Of a stretch of DNA of 36,443 nt, positions 34,005 to 36,443 are shown piece after piece (position 1 is the stretch's first letter; each line of letters opens with the position of its first letter). The DNA lies in assembly GCF_004010195.1 (NCBI RefSeq), contig NC_057720.1, positions 4,094,785 to 4,131,227 on the forward strand, read 5' to 3'. The notes beneath the pieces were generated by a model that was not told where the DNA came from, did not search any database, and saw only the letters and a list, made by a program, of their open reading frames with translations. A program made the position numbers and the translations under genes. Origin of the DNA: Chiloscyllium plagiosum. Lineage: Eukaryota.

Positions 34005-36020
34005 GAGAGTCACAGAGACATACAGCACATAAGACGTCCTTCAGCCCATCAGGTCTGCACCAATGTATTTATACTAGTCCCACTTTCCTACACTAGGTCC
34101 GTAGCCTTGAATGTTCTGACACTTCAAGTGCACATCCAAGTACTTTTTAAAGATTATGAGTTTTCTCACCTCAACTACTGTCCCAGGCAGTACATTCCAC
34201 ACCCACCACCCTCTGGGTGAGAAACCAAATTCCTTTAAACCTCCTGCTCTTCAGTTTAAAATGTTGCCCAGTTGTCAATGACCCTTCAACTAAAGGGAAC
34301 ACCTTCATTCTATCCACACTGTCCATGCCCCTCATAATCTTTTGTCTTCTATCAGATTCTGACAGAGTTCTGTCAGATCCCCCTCCTCTGCTCCAGAGAA
34401 AACAACTCGAGCTTATCCAGCGTCTCTTCAAAGTTAAACAGTTCCATCCCAGGTAATACACTGATGAATCTACTCTGCACTCCCCTCAGTGAAATCACAT
34501 CCTTCATATAGTGTGGTGACCAGAACTGCACACAATACTCTAACTCTGGCTGAATCACAGTCGAGAAGAAAGAGCAAAGAACAATACAGCACAGGAACAG
34601 GCCCTTCGGACCTCCAAGCCTTTGCAGACACATTTTGTCCTTCCATACTAAAACTGTCTTCACTTACAGGATCCTTATCCCTCTATTCCCTTCCTATTCA
34701 TGTAGGTGCTTCTTGAATGCTGCTATTGCGTCTGCTTCCACCACGTCCTCTGAGAGCACATTCCAGGCACTCACCATCCTTTGAGTGAAAACCTTGCCTC
34801 ACACATCACCCACCCACACCTTGAACCTGTGTCCACTAATAACTGACTTTCCATCCTGAAAGAAAGCCTCATACTTTCCACTCTATCCATGCCATTCATA
34901 ATTTTATAAACTTCTATCAGGTCGCCCCATAACCTCCTGCGTTTTAGTGAAAATAAACCCAGTCTTTCTTCATCGCTAAAATTTCCCCATACCATGTAAT
35001 ATCCTGGTAAACCTTTTCTTTACTCTCTCCAAAGCATCCACATCCTTCTGCTGGTCTGGCGACAAGAAATGTGTGCAATATTCCAAGTGTGGCCTAACTA
35101 AGGTTCTATAAAGCTATAGCATAACTTGTTTATCCTTATACTCAGTGCCCCTTCCAATGAAGGCAAGCATGGCATAAGCCATTTTTTACTCTCTTATCTA
35201 CCTGCGTTGCCACCTTCAGTGATCTGTGGACCTGCACACTCAGATCCCTCTGCATATCAATACTCCTAACAGTTCTGCCATTCACTGTATAATTTCCACC
35301 TGTACTTGACCTTCCAAAATGCATCCCCTCACATTTGTCTGGATTAAACTCCATCTGCCAGCTTTCTGCCCATGCCTCCAACTGATCCATATCCTGCTGT
35401 ATCCTCTGACAATCCTTTTTGCTATCTGCAACTCCACCAATCTTAGTATTATCTGCAAACTTACTAATTAGAACAAGTATTTTTTCCTCCAAATCATTTA
35501 TGTAGATCACAAACAGCAGAGGTCCCATCACTCATCCCTATGGACACCACTAATCACAATCCTCCTTTCCAAAAAGCATCCTTCCACTGCTACCCTCTGT
35601 CTCCTATGACTAGGCCAGTTCTATATCTATCTTGCCAGCTCACCTTTTATGGCAGTCTAGCATGAGGGACGTTGTCAAAGGTTTTACTGAAGTCCACATA
35701 GACAACATCAACTGCTTTTTCCTCATCAATCATCTTTGTCACCTCCTCAAAAAACTCAATCAAGTTAATGAGGCATAACTGCCCTGCATAAAACCATGCT
35801 GTCTATCATTAATAAGTCTATTAGCTTCTAAGTGCATTTAGATCTTGTCCCTGAGAATCATTTCCAATAATTTCTCAACCACTGACATGAAGCTCACAGG
35901 CCTGTAATTTCCAGGATTATCCCTGCTAGCCTTATTAATCAATGGGAAATCATTGGGTATTCTCCAGTCCTCTGCAACTTCACCTGTGGCCAAAGAGGAT
36001 ACAAAGATGCCTGTCAATGT
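34005..36020 (-). mobile_element. Nested CR1 fragments (34005-34555 and 34565-36020)
   Basis: GPLLFVIYINDL, SKFADNTK and ELEYCVQFWSPHY, with two separate 3' tails. Confidence 0.88.
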
Positions 36021-36142
36021 CCTGTACAGGTCCTTATTTTTCAGCTTCGTTAATCCAATCCAGTTTAATGCCCATTCGTTACAACTGCTTTGGGATAATC
36101 AAATGCCTTTGATAACACTCCAGAGGATAAGTAAGAGGCAAT

Positions 36143-36443
36143 TATAGAGTCATAGAGTCATAGAGATGTACAGCATGGAAACAGACCCTTCGGTCCAACC
36201 CGTCCATGCCGACCAGATATCCCAACCCAATCTAGTTCCCATCTCCCAGCATCCAGCCCATATCCCTCCAAACCCTTCCTATTCATATACCCATCCAGAT
36301 GCCTCTTAAATGTTGTAATTGTACCAGCCTCCACCACATCCTCTGGCAGTTCATTCCATACAAGTACAACCCTCTGTGTGAAAAAGTTGCCCCTTAGGTC
36401 TCTTTTATATCTTTCCCCTCTCACCCTAAACCTATGCCCTCTA
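36143..36443 (-). mobile_element. CR1 (HER1-like) 3' end running off the window
   Basis: Encodes RGNFFTQRVVLVWNELPEDVVEAG, with a (catagagt)n tail. Confidence 0.92.

Noticed and set aside
36045..36130. Possible exon between tttttcag and gtaaga
   Set aside because: The phase-1 frame needed to follow exon 2 hits a TGA before the donor.

Overview
This is repeat-rich vertebrate genomic DNA, almost certainly from a shark or ray, because it carries many HE1-type SINEs and their partner CR1 (HER1-like) LINEs. Most long ORFs in the track are decayed CR1 ORF2 fragments or SINE read-throughs. Two host genes are visible, both on the + strand. (1) The last coding exon of an EDG-family lysophosphatidic acid receptor, closest to LPAR3, lies at 13974-14290; its upstream intron runs off the left edge and a candidate polyA signal is at 15784. 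(2) Two short exons missed by the ORF track (30604-30657 and 33186-33276) splice in frame into a signal peptide followed by a Cys/Trp-containing N-terminus, so a second gene probably starts here and continues past the right edge. The most striking non-coding signal is a set of short Penelope-like elements from at least three families. Two families carry minimal hammerhead ribozyme cores (CUGANGA-stem II-GAAA-palindrome-UH). Many copies fold back on themselves and are flanked by 9-19 bp target-site duplications, and one is flanked by a 126-bp duplication. Also present are a Tc1/mariner (Tigger-like) MITE, a DeuSINE-like relic, a probable solo LTR, a 26-bp minisatellite and a 40-N assembly gap. 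Family names come from recognising motifs, not from database searches. No prokaryotic system or CRISPR array is present.
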